Of a stretch of 64,000 nt of DNA, positions 38,852-53,137 are shown one piece after another. A program made the translations under genes and the position numbers. The notes below the pieces were generated by a model, which was not told the DNA's origin, searched no databases, and worked only from the letters and a program-made list of their open reading frames with translations. This stretch comes from Chara braunii (lineage: Eukaryota > Plantae > Charophyceae), in assembly GCA_003427395.1 (NCBI GenBank), contig BFEA01000004.1:607736-671735 (forward strand). Direction: 5' to 3'. Positions within the stretch are counted from its first letter, which is position 1. Every line of letters starts with the position of its first letter.

Positions 38852-41777
38852 TCAGCTAGTTGAATTACCAATTGAACATAACAAGGTGTAGCGCAGTCTG
38901 GTAGCGCATCTGTTTTGGGTACAGAGGGTCATAGGGCGTTCCTAGGCACGCTTTTTTCAGTAACTTCAGATTTCTATGTTCTCCTTTCTTGTCAACATTT
39001 ACGCTGGAGAGTTTGAATGGCCAAAGTTGGGAAAAGCATAATGTACGTCTGTGACCCTGTCGGTTCAACAACATGCAAGAAAAAGGAAAGAGTGAAAAGA
39101 AACAATTTCTGTGTGTCTTTCTCTTCTTCTTGCTTTGTGTCCTCGTTGCCCATTCTTCTACAATTGTTCCGTAAATGTCCTCTTGATTAGTGGTGCACCG
39201 CAGCAACACGTCCTCTCCCCCTTCACCCCTGAGCAATACAAACATAACCTCCGCACACACATGAACGCACTCAAGCGCAGGCGCACACACTCAACCTCTT
39301 GATGAGGGAACACAACACAGGACACACGCACACGCACACGCACACGCACACGCACACGCACAGTCACAAGAACGCACACACACACATTCAACCTCCTGAC
39401 GAGTTGCTGACAGTCTGAGAAAATGGCCTGTCACAGTTACTCTGTGTTGCGGAGTTGTGTTTAGCGAATATGAAACACACGTTGCACAAACCCACACACC
39501 CACACACAAACCACACACAGCGACAAAGTCACAGACACACACGGACTTGCTTGCGACCATGCCATTCTGGGTGAGTCTGTCCTTTGAGTAAGTGTTATGG
39601 TTGCGACATACTTTTTCTTGGTCCTGTTGTCGCTCTTGCAAGGTCGGTATGAGTAAAGAGGTGCAGTTGTTCCCAGGGCTTGTTAACTATGCCTGGTGGA
39701 GTGTGGAGTTACGGTCAAGCACGTGTTTATAGAGTATATCGGCAACAAATGCATCACTGAAATTACTAGGGAATAAATGCATCATCTTTATCGATTAGAA
39801 GAACGATACCTTCGCACTGACAACTACCCACCCTTGAAAATTACTTCAGAATGGGTAATTTATTCTCAACATTATCCCGCAACCCTGTTCAGGTAACTGT
39901 AGGCTGGTGCGAGTAAAGTTGTTCACCCCCAAAAAAAGAAAAAAAGAAAAAAAAGAAAAAAAAGAAAAAAAACTTAAAAAAAGAGTAAAGTTGACCCACT
40001 TATTTCCAGGGTTCGTAAACATTGGCCGGTGAAGTATGACCCCTGAGGGCATACTCACACTACCGTCTTCACCCGAATAGAACGCCCTGTCATTATCACC
40101 GTATCTAGACGGAAGGGTGCCCTAAATGCAGGTATAACGACCGGGCGTTCTATTCGGTAGCACTTTCCTACATGTATCTGACTGCACTTATGTCCGTGCA
40201 CAGAACGTTGTCCGGATGAAACTGACTGCAATTAATTCCACAGCTTAGTACAGAAAGTTGTACTGTTGAGTACGCTTGAAGTGGTCGCAGACTAGTACAG
40301 ACGTTTCGGCTGCCAAATACAACTCCAAGAGAAAAGAGCATCACTGTGACAGACGGTTACCTCGAACTTTCACCAAGTCATCAGGAGAATGAATCTCGAC
40401 AGTCTTGTCCAGGATGGCAGGATGCATTGGATAGATGCTAAGCCTTTTTTACACTCAAGTGACTCAACCAACCAAAGGTAAGAACTGCTGGAGATATCGT
40501 AAGTGGTCCAGTTTTTTCATACCAACCTTGTAATCTTAGCAGATTGCCTATTGTCGGTACATTTTGTCGATGTAGAGCCAGATCGATACCCGGAGCCAAC
40601 ACAACGGAATGGAACCGGTGACCTCGGCCATAACAGCCAGATGCCTTCACCGCTGCAACCGTTACCCCATGTTCAAAACTGAAGCCATAGCGGTCGTGAC
40701 ATTCAGCTCACCCCAGCGCTGTCGCAGCAAGGACTTATGCGTCCCACCCCAGCATGGTTGCAGGCTTGCAGCAAGGACTTACACGTCAGCACTTGACGAT
40801 CCAAGAGATCGTCTGCAAGTGGGAAACAGCCTCCACACAGACACCACTGCCCTGCCCAGGTAACCTCCCTGGCAGGTTACTGCGCTCGTACACTGCTGCC
40901 GAGTTCGGACCAGAAGCAAGAGTTGCACCAGGTAATCATGATCTGCTTAGCCTAGGATTGCAAGCTTGGAGGGAGTAAACTCGAGCAGTTATATATGCAA
41001 GGTCGGTGTCTGTAAACTCGACCAGTTATTTCCAGGCGTCGCACCAGGCAATCATGATCTGCTAGGATTGCAAGCTTGGTGGGAGTAAACTCGACCAGTT
41101 ATATTGCAAGGTCGGTGTGAGTAAACTCGACCAGTTACTTCCTGGCTTTGTTAACTTTTGTTGCCTTTGGCCGGTGGAGTGTTACCAAAGCATCGATAGA
41201 ATGCACATCCTGGAGAAGACTGTCCAGCTTCAACGTTCTAATGATTTGGTGAAAGTCTGATGTCACTCTTTGTCATAGGATTGCTCCTCTCTTGGATTCG
41301 TCTTTGGCAAACATGCAACGGGCATCGGAGAAAAGGCAAATGCAACACACAAGCTCCGTTGGTACTGCAGGGCCTGACAGTGTGTGAGTGAATCAGACCT
41401 TGGGCCTCTCCACGCCCCTGGGAACAAAAAAAGACCGAAAGCATCGTCTGCAAAAAGTGGTAAGATGCATCCGCTTCTGCTCATACTAGTAGCAGATGCA
41501 TCTTGCCTTTCTCTGGGGGAAGATGCAGTCCTACTTGTTTCGTTTCGACAGTGTAGTGGCGAGGCCCCTTTTCTCTTAGGGGTATTTCCATCTAAGTTCC
41601 GGGTACTGAACGAACTCATCAATTCATCCATCCTCGACAGATTTTGTGAAAGGCCGACTAACTATGCTATGCTACCGTCGCTACTCTCTCTCAACCGTGC
41701 TTGTTTCTGTGGAGTTGTGCATAGCGAACTACACAACAGGCGTGCTCACAGACACGCACACATGCATGGACGCAGGG

Positions 41778-41914
41778 GTTCGATCATCAGACCCTTTTGA
41801 AGTTGGATTATCGGACCCCTTTTGAAGTTCGATCATCGGACCCCTTTTGAAGTTCGATCATCTGACCGGGCTGACCCCTTTTGAAGTTCAATCACCAGAC
41901 CCCTTTTGAAGTTC
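41778..41914 (+). repeat. Minisatellite, ~25-bp unit, about 5 copies
   Basis: GACCCCTTTTGAAGTTCGATCATC repeated. Confidence 0.8.
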
Positions 41915-42129
41915 TCTCTTTTCCATTTTCTTCTTCTTTCCTTACGGCGACCCTATCCTCCTGTTCTGGGGGGCTCCAGACTGAGTCCGTTTTTTTTTTG
42001 TTTTTTTATTTGGGCTCCAGTCCGGTTCCTCTCCATCGACAAGTGCAATAATTAAAACCGGGTGCTGTTCACTTGTTGTGGCCAGGGTACCGATGCCAAA
42101 TAGGGACATAAAGGAGTGGGGGTGAATGA

Positions 42130-44570
42130 GGGAACTGAAGGACAGGGCTGCCCCTCGCTTAACCAACGACGCTAGGCTAGAATATAATGAGTGCGACAGT
42201 TCAGAAGCATCAATTGATTGTCTCAAATGTCATCGACAGTTGTTTCCTCTCTTCTCCTCTCCCCTTTTTGAACATGATCAACGCACAGTATTTTTTTCTT
42301 TTGTAATGACCCACCAAAACACAGACTGAGAACACTGCTGATTTCTGGGTTTTGCCGCTGGAATGTATGCCTTGCTGAGATTCCCTCCTTGTGCTGAGTT
42401 TCCTAAGTCTGTGTGTGTGTGTGTGCTTGCTGGTCCTTGTGCCTGTCTGAGTGCACATCTGCCTGAGTGTGTGTGTGGCCCGACAGGGCACTTGCGTATT
42501 GTGGGGCCCGGGGGGCCGGTACGTACCTGTGGCTGTGACTTTGAGGGTTGCAGCTGGAAAAACACTCAATTAGTGGGGAGTAGGCCGGGCCCCGCGATAC
42601 TTAGAGCAGCGGGAGAAAAACAGTCAAGTAGCAGGTACTAGGTCGGTACCACTCAAATAGCGGTAGATGTGCCGGGAACTGGAGGCCAAGCAGAAGAAGA
42701 CAAAAAGTTGGCATTTTTAGAGGCCCAGTAGCGGTAAGCTAGAGGCAGGTTGGTACCAGCCCAAGTAGCCTGAGTCTAGGGCCTGTGCGGACGATAGCAG
42801 AGCCTGCAATGATGTTTATCGGCAATGATGTTTCCCTCCGAAAGGGAGGAGGCGCCGGTTGCTTGGAGGCCGCGCAGCCTGGAAGTCACCGCCCAAGAGG
42901 CAAGTAGGTCGCGATATCATCTGGAGGAGTGAGTAGCTCCTCCTCATTTGCGGTGTGCAAGGTTGGGGGACATACTGCTTGAGCGGGCGCTGTGTTTCAG
43001 AGCGCTGCCTGGGAGGATGAAGGAGAGCTAGGCGCTCAAGCCTGGCTATGGCGAGCAGCCCAGCTTAAGGAGGAGGAAGAAAGGGACAAAGGAGGAGAGT
43101 GGCAAGGTACCTACCTGGCTATGGTGGACACCATTTTCATCACCTTGTTAGGCGCTGCATCTGGAAGGCCCCGGTTGGGGTAGTGCCGCAGCAAGGAAGC
43201 TTCGAGGCCGAGTTAGGCATGGCAGCCTGATGAGCAGCGACCATAGCTGCTTTGTGTTGTCTTTTACACGGGAGGGCGGAGCCCTTATTAGTCTGCCATA
43301 GCCTTCAAGTTGACATGTGAGAGGAAGGTGAAGAGAGAAGCCATGGCTATGGTGGACCTCTTGGTGTGCTGGCAGCAAGAGGGAACTTCGGATATTGATT
43401 CTGTTTCTACCACTCATTGTTATTATTATTGTTTTGGAGAAGAATAAGATTGGCGGAGACAAGGAGGGAGGAGGAGAGTGGAGGGAGAAGGGGAATTTGT
43501 CATTGGTCTTGCTGGTGTACATCTTCTTCTTTTTCTTCTTTCTTTCTTCTTCTCTCTTCTTCTTTGGTCTCTATCTCTTTGCAAGTGCTTTCATTTCTTT
43601 CGCAATTGGGTGCCATTGTCTTTCCCTGTGAATTTGCACTTTGGAAATAGCCAGGATCGTAGCACTTCAGTAAAAGGCAAAAGAATAGTACACGCCATCT
43701 GAGCTAGGCACCGAGATCATGATTTGTCTTTTTCCGAAGTCTGCTCCAAGCCATTCCTTCTGTTTTCTTGAAAGTAGCTCAAGATGCACGGTGATTCCTA
43801 TCGCCTGCTAAGAGCTGTAGCCATGGACACGGCCAACGCGAAAGCCATCGATTGAGGCGAGCATCGTCATGTCCAGAGCGATGCCCATGGCCACCTCAGT
43901 AGCTATCCTGTCATAAGGACAGGGCTGCCCCTTGCTTAACCAACGGTGCTGGGCTAGAAAATAATACGTGCCCCAGTTCAGAAGCATCAACTGATTGATC
44001 CGAGGGCCCCGTGTGGAAGGGCTCTTGAATGTCATGGACAACTGTTTCCTCTCTTCTCCTCTCCCCTTCTTATACATGCTCAACGCACAGTATTTTCTTC
44101 TCTAGTAAAAGGCTAAAGAATAGTACAGAGAACTGAAGGACAGGGTTCCCCTCGCTTAACCAACGACGCTAGGCTTGAAAATAATAAGGGCACCAGTTCA
44201 GAAACATCAATTGATTGTTGCAAGGGCCCCGTGTGGAAGGGCTCTTGAATGCTATGGACAGTTGTTTCCTCTCTTCTCCTCTCTCCTTCTTGTACATGCT
44301 TAATGCACAGATTTTTTTCTTTAGTAAAAGGCGAAAGAATAGCACACGCCATCTGAGCTACGCATGCAGATCATGACTTCCCGTTTTCCGAAGTCTGCTC
44401 CAAGCCATTCCTTCTATTTTCTTGAAAGTAGCTCGCGATACACGGTGATTCTTTCTGCCCGCTAAGAGCTGTACCCATCGACACAGCCTATGCGAAAGGC
44501 ATCGATTGAGGTGAGCATCGTCATGGCAAGAGTGATGGCCATGGCCACCTCAGTAGCGATCCCGTCATGA
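42130..44570 (+). repeat. Local segmental duplications
   Basis: GGACAGGG...CTTAACCAACG block at ~42140, ~43916 and ~44138; CACGCCATCTGAGCTA...CCACCTCAGTAGC block at ~43690 and ~44345. Confidence 0.75.
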
Positions 44571-46116
44571 TCGCGTCATCATCATCGTGTTGATGGCGAT
44601 GCTGAAACGGTTGTCTCAGTAAATGTCTCTTTGTCGTATAGATTGCCATAACCGTTGTTGTCTGAACCTGATCTCTCAAGGAAAAATTATTTCCTCAATT
44701 GGTCCATAGACTCCATACTGAAATTTGTACTTTTTGGACGGTATCTGGTCGTATTTGAGGTCAGATACGTCCGAGAAAGTCCTAGTGCGTGCTGCAGAGC
44801 GCGCGCGAACAAGTAATGCAATGTACTTTTTCCTCAATTAGAGACTCCCATTTGTCAGTGCTGAACCGAGTGTGGACGATTGCAGAGCTACACTTGTGCA
44901 TGTATCCGCTGCTGTGGTCATGGCCTTTGCGCACCATTGCATGACAGGGATCTTATCGTGTTGCAAAATGCCGACGACCCTTTGTCATTTCCTGAGAATC
45001 GGGGTCGGGTGGGCGGTTGCAGTCGATGCAATTTTTTGTAACTAGCGGGTGTCATTTGTCCAGATTGACAGCCAGGATGAAGCACTTCCTGGAGGCCGGC
45101 CGTTTGTCATTTTCTGCGTCTGGGGGTCGGGTCCACGGTTGCAGGCAAATGTAATTTTTCCTAACCCGCAGGTGTCAATTGTCCAGACCGGCGGCCAGGA
45201 TGAAGCACTTGCGGGGGGGGTTGCAACAAAGCTCGTGCTCTTCGTCACTTTCTAAGGGCAAAGGGCATAGTCAAACTAGCATTTTTTTCCTTATTTCTAG
45301 ACGGAATTGTGGCCAGATGCATACAAGTCTGGCCGTAAATGCGGTCAGGTGCATTAGGATAGTGTTAGTGTGAGTACGCCCTAATTTCCGCATGATCCGG
45401 AAGAAAAGGTAGGATAAAAACGTGACATTCCGCTGAGTACTGCTTTACCACATTTGCTACGTCTACAGGCTCTCACCTGCGTTCGTAGATTATGTATGAA
45501 GGACGGCCACAAACGTTAGATAGATTATGCAGCACCCTAAGCTTCTGGCTCATTGTTTCTGGCCGTGCATTGTGAAGATCGACAACCAGGAACAAAGAGT
45601 CCTTTAGTTCCGGGCCCCTGGCACGTACGATCTGACAATATATTCTCAGCGGTGGAGATACGTTATCTTGACGGCTGACAATGAATGGGATCAGGGGCGA
45701 GCTTATCGGGTGCGCAAAAATATATGTAGGGGAACCGAGGCAAAAACAGAAGGGGGTGAACGGGGTTGGTGCCCCACTAGTGGGGATTTACACTTGCTTT
45801 CGAGCACGCACTGTCGCCCGATCTGAAAATCTCACGGCCGCAAGGCACGTGGAAAAATTCTGGAAAACTGGATCCCCCCCAGTGGGACATGGCCCCCAGG
45901 GTGGAAGGGGGAAAGGAAAAGAGTGAATGATTGCTATGAGAGAAGAAATACAAGGAGATAAGCAGCNNNNNNNNNNNNNNNNNNNNNNNNNNNNNNNNNN
46001 NNNNNNNNNNNNNTGTTACCTTAGGCCTATTCCTCATGACATCCTTGCAATATTCCCTGGCGCACCCCCATTTCCCCAACACTTCCCAGCTATTTTGTTC
46101 CAACAGGGCAGTTGAG

Positions 46117-46215
46117 GCCGTTCAGGAAACTCAGTAAAATTGGAGCGATGTAGAGAAGGTTAGCATGGCCCCCACGCGCAAGGATGACACGCATAAATAG
46201 AGAACTGGTTCCAAA
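46117..46215 (+). pseudogene. U6: U6 snRNA pseudogene
   Basis: AAAATTGGAGCGATGTAGAGAAGGTTAGCATGGCCCCCACGCGCAAGGATGACACGCATAAATAGAGAACTGGTTCCAAA follows plant U6; ACAGAGA box mutated; A-rich tail. Confidence 0.88.
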
Positions 46216-47819
46216 CAAAACAAACGGGACAGCTGACACACTGCACCCTTAGGGGCTCGGCCTATAGACCGGAAAAGGCTTTCGGGACCAAGCAAAAAGA
46301 AAATACTTCACGCCCACACCCAGGCGAGAAAAAGAGGCTGGCCGACTTTTGGAGTTATTGGTGGTTTAACTGTAATAGGCTAGAATGCGACACACAAGTC
46401 CAAACATGACTGAGAAGAGGCGGGTGGCAACAGGAAGGAGAAGGGAATAGAGTGTGATGCCGCTAGAAGCTGGGTTGGCTGGCGAGGGAGGCAGGTCACC
46501 CCGCTGCCCACCGGGGCGGGGTCCAGGCAAGGTCCTGGGCAGTCCCAGCGCATAATATAAAAGGTAATATAATAATAATACAAGAATGATAATAATGAAA
46601 AGTCAAAGAGATCCGGGAAAACAAATATTGTGTGAATTTGCATGGCAAACAACTTTCTGTTTTGTTGAAAAAGGATCAATCTTTATAGATATGAAAGCGG
46701 GGAACTGTGCTCGGCGTCCCTTACAAGAGTCACCGCAGCTATGAGCTGAGCGAGGCTCTTTGGCCATGCAAAGCTCATGCCACGACTGTTTCAGCGACTA
46801 CAATCCTCCTCATCTTTTGTTCTGCCAGCTCTACAGGTTAACAACTTTTGGTTGAGATTGACCTTGAAATTCGTTACTCGTGCCAAGGTGAAGATAAATA
46901 CACAGGCATAAACCACTACCTCGGACCTCCAAGAAAAACACCTGTGGTGGATTTCTGCTGCGCACCAAGTTCAATATGAGGTTATGAACCGGTGTGGCAC
47001 CGATTTTTTTCCTTTGCGGCCGGTGGAAAAGAGGTCCGGGAGGCTGAGCTCGTAAAGAATGTGGAGGTAGAGAACTTCATCACAAAAGTTTGCCTGTGAG
47101 AGGTAGTGGTGGTTTAAACCGCCAGAACACGGCCCCAGGCAACTTGAAAAAACAAATGGCTCACTCCTAAGATTTTGCAGGCTCCGGCCTAATGGGCTAC
47201 AATCGCCAGCGGCACCATCCAAAAAAGAAAAAAGTGTGCTGCTGGCGGTTTGGCAAAGCTTGGTGCACAGTGCAAGTCCGCCAGGCGCATGTGTCCTGGT
47301 GGACCAGGTTTAGCCTGTACCCCTTAGAACCCTCTTTAAACCTGTTCATAGTAGCTTGACACCCCCCAAACCCTCCTGGGTGACCCATCACAAATTGGAA
47401 AATAAGGCCAGATTCTTACTGCTCAGGGCAAAAGGAGTCCATGATTGAAGTCAGTTTTTTTTTTCCCCCCTTGCCTTTTTGAACCGTCCAGCTTTCCTGA
47501 CCAGGTTCCCCCTGCCCGCCTACAACAGGTGTGATGTGGAAAAGCGAAAGCATGATGCTGCTACATCCAGAAAGTACTCAATGGAAAGGGAACATCACAA
47601 CTCGTCGAGGTTCTTTTTCTACCCAGCCCATGTGGCTGATGGTACAGTCATGAACTCTTGGTAAACAGACCTGAGTTCGAATCCTGATCAAATACCTATG
47701 AATTACGTGGGGCTAGTCAGTATAATGCTTCCCACCCCTTATGATTTGATTTCCACAGTTGTCCGGAGAGAGAAACTTGAACAGGTCTGTGCAGTTTATG
47801 TCAACAGCTGAGAGGCTCA

Positions 47820-49920
47820 TTAGACACTCCTTGGGGTGTCCTCGGGGCCGAAGGAAGTTTCTTTCGGGGTTTTGAAGGAAATTCCCGCCATCGTTCCACC
47901 TATCCTCGGGGTGGTCTCCCAAGGATGATTCCTTTTGGCNNNNNNNNNNNNNNNNNNNNNNNNNNNNNNNNNNNNNNNNNNNNNNNNNNNNGGGGGGGGG
48001 CAACGTCTTGGTCCATTGGATGATGTCCGCTTTGCTACGGTGTGGTCCAGCTGCCGAAGGCGGGAAATTTTGAAATGTGCTGGCACCGGGGGGGAAAAAA
48101 AAACCTTGAAAAGCAATGAACCTCCCCGTTCAAAAATCAAATTCCGAATTGGGTGCTGCACATCACGACGGCGATGCGGGGCAGGTGGCATCCATATTGG
48201 CGAGGGTGGAAACGGGCATTTGCAGCAGCGCAGTGGAGTTGTCATAAGTCTAGACGAATTTGTGAGCGGCCCACAAAGGTCCATCGCCATCATCTCCTCC
48301 TGCCATCGTGCATATGTGTGGAGTCAAGCACATGCAGGGAACGTCGTTGGCGACTTGGCGCTGACGTTACCGTGGTCGTGGCGAGTTGGTAGACTGTTGT
48401 ATTTTTGTGGTTCATGAGCATTGCAACACACGTGTCGATGGAGGGCGGCAGCGACGACGAACGTGCAAAGTTGACGACGATCGAGAATACGGCCGTGACG
48501 TCCGTGCTGTTTCGTTGTCAGCAGGAGAGGGCATTGGGCAGAATGAGAGCGCAGATCCTCATGCGGAGGAGGAAGATGCTTCATCAAGTCCCGGTCGAAG
48601 GGCTGGAGACTGTGGTCATCACCAAGGCTGTAGTTCAGGTTTGCTATGCCATGGGTTGCAGTGTTCTTCCACAAGCGTCCCCGAGGTGGTGGATGAAGAG
48701 GAGGACAGGGAGGGCGTGGGAGAATCTCAGGCAATTCGATGATGCGACGGAGGAGTACTTCTGGGAGAAGCTGCATATGTCACCACGTGTCTTTCGGGCG
48801 ATGGCGATTGCATCTAGTGTGGACGAATGCCTGAGGGGCGTGCTGCCAATGTCGATGTCGACTGCAGCCGGTGTCGATCCCTCATCTTCTCTGCTGGAGG
48901 CTTTCGATAGATGTCGGCCATCAACGATAGAGGATGAACATGTGGAATAGGAGGACTATGACAAACAAAATTGCAATTAGGAGCAGCTGTGGCGACCTTC
49001 AATAGAGGTCGGCCATCAACGACACGTACGACAGGGCCGTAACTCCGCGACGACGGTTAAGGTCCATCGAACGGCGATGGTGAAGGGAGCAGACAGTAGA
49101 GGACAACATACGACACACGCGCTCTAACAGGTCGTACACCCTTGCATTGCGAGCCGGGACGTGGCCTGCACGGTGGCTCGTGGTGTACTGAAGATCTGCT
49201 CTTCGCCTGTCGTCCGTCCATGATGACGCCCTTCTTTGCAGAACGCCTCTTGCATGTGCGTCCAGACAGCCTGCCAAGGATGCAGACGTGGAAGACGATT
49301 AGAAGGAAAAACAAAAATGATTATTAGGAGCGGCAGCGACAGACTTCGAAAGACGTCGGCCATGAACGACGCGTAAAGGGCAGTAACTACACGACGTCGG
49401 TACACCTCCACCAAACGGTGACGAAGAGGGCAGCAAACGGCACCAGAACATCCGACAAATGACCTCTAACGTTTTACGTCGCTGAGTACAGTGGGGAATC
49501 GAAAGACGGGTCGGCTAAAGTATTCAATTTTGCCGGCCGTTGAAGCCCTTCCCGTTTAACGGCACGCACTGCGAGGGAGAACACTGGTTGAAGACGTTCG
49601 CAGAGGCCACCCGGCCACCAATGGTTACCGTCGGCGTAAGGATCCTGGAAGCGTGATGTGGCCGGTAGGTACTCCAATGGACCAGCCGATGGAAATTTCT
49701 TGTCGACAATGTGTGCCCTCTCTGCTCCGATTATTGCGGATCCTTGACCTCTGAGGGACCTTGGGAGGTACCTTGGGGAAGGCCACAAAATGACTGTAGC
49801 CCGAGGACGCCTCGATGATTCCTGGGGAAAATGTTTTCACTTTTTTTTTTTCTCTTTATCCCCGAGGATAGGTGGAACGATAATTTCCTCGGGGACTTTA
49901 CGCGCCCGAGGAGTGTCTAA
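47820..49920 (+). mobile_element. PIF/Harbinger-like DNA transposon derivative
   Basis: Inverted ends TTAGACACTCCT...AGGAGTGTCTAA plus inverted subterminal CGTTCCACCTATCCTCGGGG; internal ORF 48405-48950 with SPRWWMKRR...EYFWEKLHMSPRVF resembling the Harbinger transposase N-terminal FRMS motif. Confidence 0.7.
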
Positions 49921-50230
49921 CAAGGATGGGCAGAAGTTCCATGGAGATCACTCTACTCTCGAGTGATCTGCGCGATGGTTGGAAGGGCAACGAGTGTAGG
50001 TGGCGAGAACAAGTCAGCTATGATTGACGTTGGCCAGGATGACATTGTCTCTGAGATGAAATGTCCTGGTACAGGGAAGGCTAGGAGTTTGTTCTAGGAT
50101 TAGGAGCCCAAATTTGCTGATATAGCATAGTCTTCTAAGATTTTTAACATACTAATATATTACCGTCATCATTAGCATTAATAGCATTATCATCATCTTT
50201 ATCTCACAACTTCTCATAAGATCAGCAGAA

Positions 50231-50270
<40 letters not shown>

Positions 50271-52938
50271 TGAGGGACATTGAGACCGGTTCTCAGCACG
50301 TTTGTACTGGTTACTCTGGGTAGACTATGAGGACCCCGGTTCGCAGCTGTCAATTTTGCCAGAACCACGACAATGTCGCCATCGGGGCAGTGTTTCATTG
50401 GTTTTCGGGCTATTGAAACTAGCAGCGGATTTCCACTTTTCTCATTACGCCTTTTTCTTTTCATGCGGAGTGGCTCGGCTCTCAGTGTGAAATTGAATGA
50501 ATTGAGCGATGCTGCACTCTTGTCCTGCTTTTGTGACTGTGCACTGTCATAGCGGAAGGGGAATGAAACATGATCCTCTTTTGTTTGTCAATACGGGTTG
50601 CTTTTGGTTGTTCATACTACTAAACTGGCTAACAAAAAGGTACAAAAGGAGGGTTGCTCCGTTCCCGTCCTGGACAACAATTTGAAAGCGCCTATGGAAG
50701 AGGAAACTTGTTCAATCAAAAGCCCATCATACGAAGAGCACCCACCTCTCTGTTCCATAACTGGGAGAGCTTCAAACCAGAGCTCCATGTGGGACAAGGC
50801 AACTTGGATCCCTTCCTCCCTCCTCTCCCCCCCCCCCCCGGGACTGCCCTTTCACTTGCCCCTTCGGTGTGGACTTGGGACTCTTGACCTTTCAGAGATC
50901 GACAGATTGCCCTTTCTTCAACTTGCGAGAGGTCAAGTTGACTCTTTGAGCACTACTCTCGCCACGACCTACTGACCTTTCAGAGGAGGTATGGCCGGTT
51001 GACTTTTCGAAAGGTCAACTGTAGATTTACCATTTTAGGAAACTTACAGACAACCCTTAAGACTTCTAAACAACTGATCTATGGATCAAATCCACACGAC
51101 CCAAGCTGCACACACGGTTTTAGGGCCAGGGCGCAGGTTCAAAGCACACGGGGTCAACGGGCAACCATACAGTGGGCTAGGGAAGGTCTGGGGATCGAGT
51201 CCTGGTATCTGCAATGTTGCGCGAACTGGGTGAAAACCGTGAAACCCTTGCACCCCTGCTTCGTCTGACAGTGAGTTATTTTCTTCCGTTCCGTACATCT
51301 GCAATGTTGCACGAACTGGGTGAAAGCCTTTCACGCCTGCCTCGTCTGACAGGGAGGTATTTTCTTCCCTTCCGTCTCGTTTGTCTCTTCTATTTTCAAG
51401 TTTCTGTTGATGGGGAGAGTTGGTTATGGACGATTGCTAAGTGTACTTTGAAAAGCGCAATGCTATTCGTGCAGTGATTGCTGGTTTCCGTGAGCCTTCT
51501 GCCTCTCATCGTTTTCCTGAGCTTTCTGATGTAGGGAGAGGAAGTCGGAGCAAAATTGTTTTTGAGCATAGCAACTTTTTGGTCTGCTGTTGTCAAAAAA
51601 AATGGTGCTCAAAAATGATCCTCGACATAACCAGCAGACAGGTCCGGTCTGATGCCTGTGCCCTGTGTCTGAATTTGGCACTCGGATCTCGTGCGCAACA
51701 AAGACCTCTCACAAAAATCTTATACTAGAAATGTTCACAATCCTTTTTTTTTTTTTTTTTTTTTTTTTTCCCTTCGGTATCATGAAATCATTAAAATGTA
51801 CGCAAACTTTGCAAAGGCTTGCTAGTAGTTACTACAGGCACTGTCATCATCTGTGCCTAGATGTTCAGAGAGGTTGATTTAGTGGTGGGTGCCTGCCATG
51901 GACTTGGGCATCGCCTGCACCATCGGCTGTTCTACAATGCTTGTGAAATTTCAAAATTTATTTTAGAACGCAATGTGGCTGCTTTTTGGAGGGATGTTAA
52001 ACCGCTAGCACACGGCCCCACCCAGCCTTGCAGAAAGTTTTTGTCGCTACAAGCAAAACTCGGAGGTGCCGTGCGGCGTGGGGCGCTGTTAAAAAAAAAA
52101 ATTGGCGGCCTCCGAAGTGGTGCGGGTTTCGTGCTGACACCCGCGGGCCGATATGTGGTGTACTGGTGCTTTAAGGTTAAAAGGAGAGCTAACTTTCCAG
52201 ATGTAACCGTTGCTTGCCTGGCTGCCGTTGAGAATACGACAACGGAAAAATGAGACGATGGGGAACAGATGTTTTCACATTAGTCTAGGCAAACAGAGAT
52301 ATCACTCTTACCACTCCGCACGTGAACCATTGTAGCGTTGATACGGGCGGCATTAAAAGATGCAGATTGTGTATTGGACGAAAATGCAAAGTGTGCATTG
52401 AAGTTGATTGAACTGTATCCGCTTTGGAGGACTACAGTCTTTCCCCGAACACAACGCACCCTCATTATGCTGTAACGGACCGGAAAGATGGCTTGTATAC
52501 ATTCATTATCAGGGTGCGTTGTGTTCGGGGGAAGACTGGACTGGACATTGGACTTCTATTTGCAGGAAAAGCGTCTTGCGAGCTCCTCCTGACCGGCGTC
52601 TCATCTTTTCACAAGTTCACCTCACCACTACTAGGTCCAGTCGCTCTCTCAAACCACTACTTCAAAGGTGATTGATTGGTCGGTGACTCGGTGATATGGA
52701 CTCTGATTGAGTTCATGGAGCTGTATATAACACCCTGTCAACGTGGCGCGTTTTGGTTTTGTAGTATCGAGGATCATTTTTTATTATTTATGGCTCTTTC
52801 GCTGTTGCTGCCCGTGTTTGTTTCCTTAGTGGCTCGTAATCGCAGTCTGTAATGTGGTTTTGTAATGGCAGCTTTGTGTCGATTGCAAACAGTTTGATTA
52901 ACTTCAAGTTGGGAATGTCATGTGTGTTAATTGGACAG

Positions 52939-53137
52939 AGCGAGATCATGACCGGACCAGGAACAGGGAGTGGGATGGCGATGAGCCCCTGCAACCCCCT
53001 CCAAATAAATTGCAGAGCATTTTCAGGGGTGTGTATAAGACAGGATTGAAGTGGGTGACGCATATCCGTGTGAATGGCAACACAGTCTATTTGGGAGCAT
53101 TCTTTTCAGAGGTAGAAGCTGCACGTCTGTATGACAG
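52939..53137 (+). CDS. Exon 2 of Soloist-like AP2 gene (first AP2 domain, N-terminal part)
   Basis: SIFRGVYKTGLKWVTHIRVNGNTVYLGAFFSEVEAARLYDR is an AP2 domain; acceptor GGACAG| (phase 1), donor GACAG|GTCAGT (phase 2). Confidence 0.88.

Noticed and set aside
41778-41914. Short repeats resembling a CRISPR array
   Set aside because: No unique spacers, no cas genes, eukaryotic context; a minisatellite
53030-53043. GTGTATAAGACAG resembling a Tn5 mosaic end
   Set aside because: Lacks two bases and encodes VYKT within the AP2 exon; coincidence
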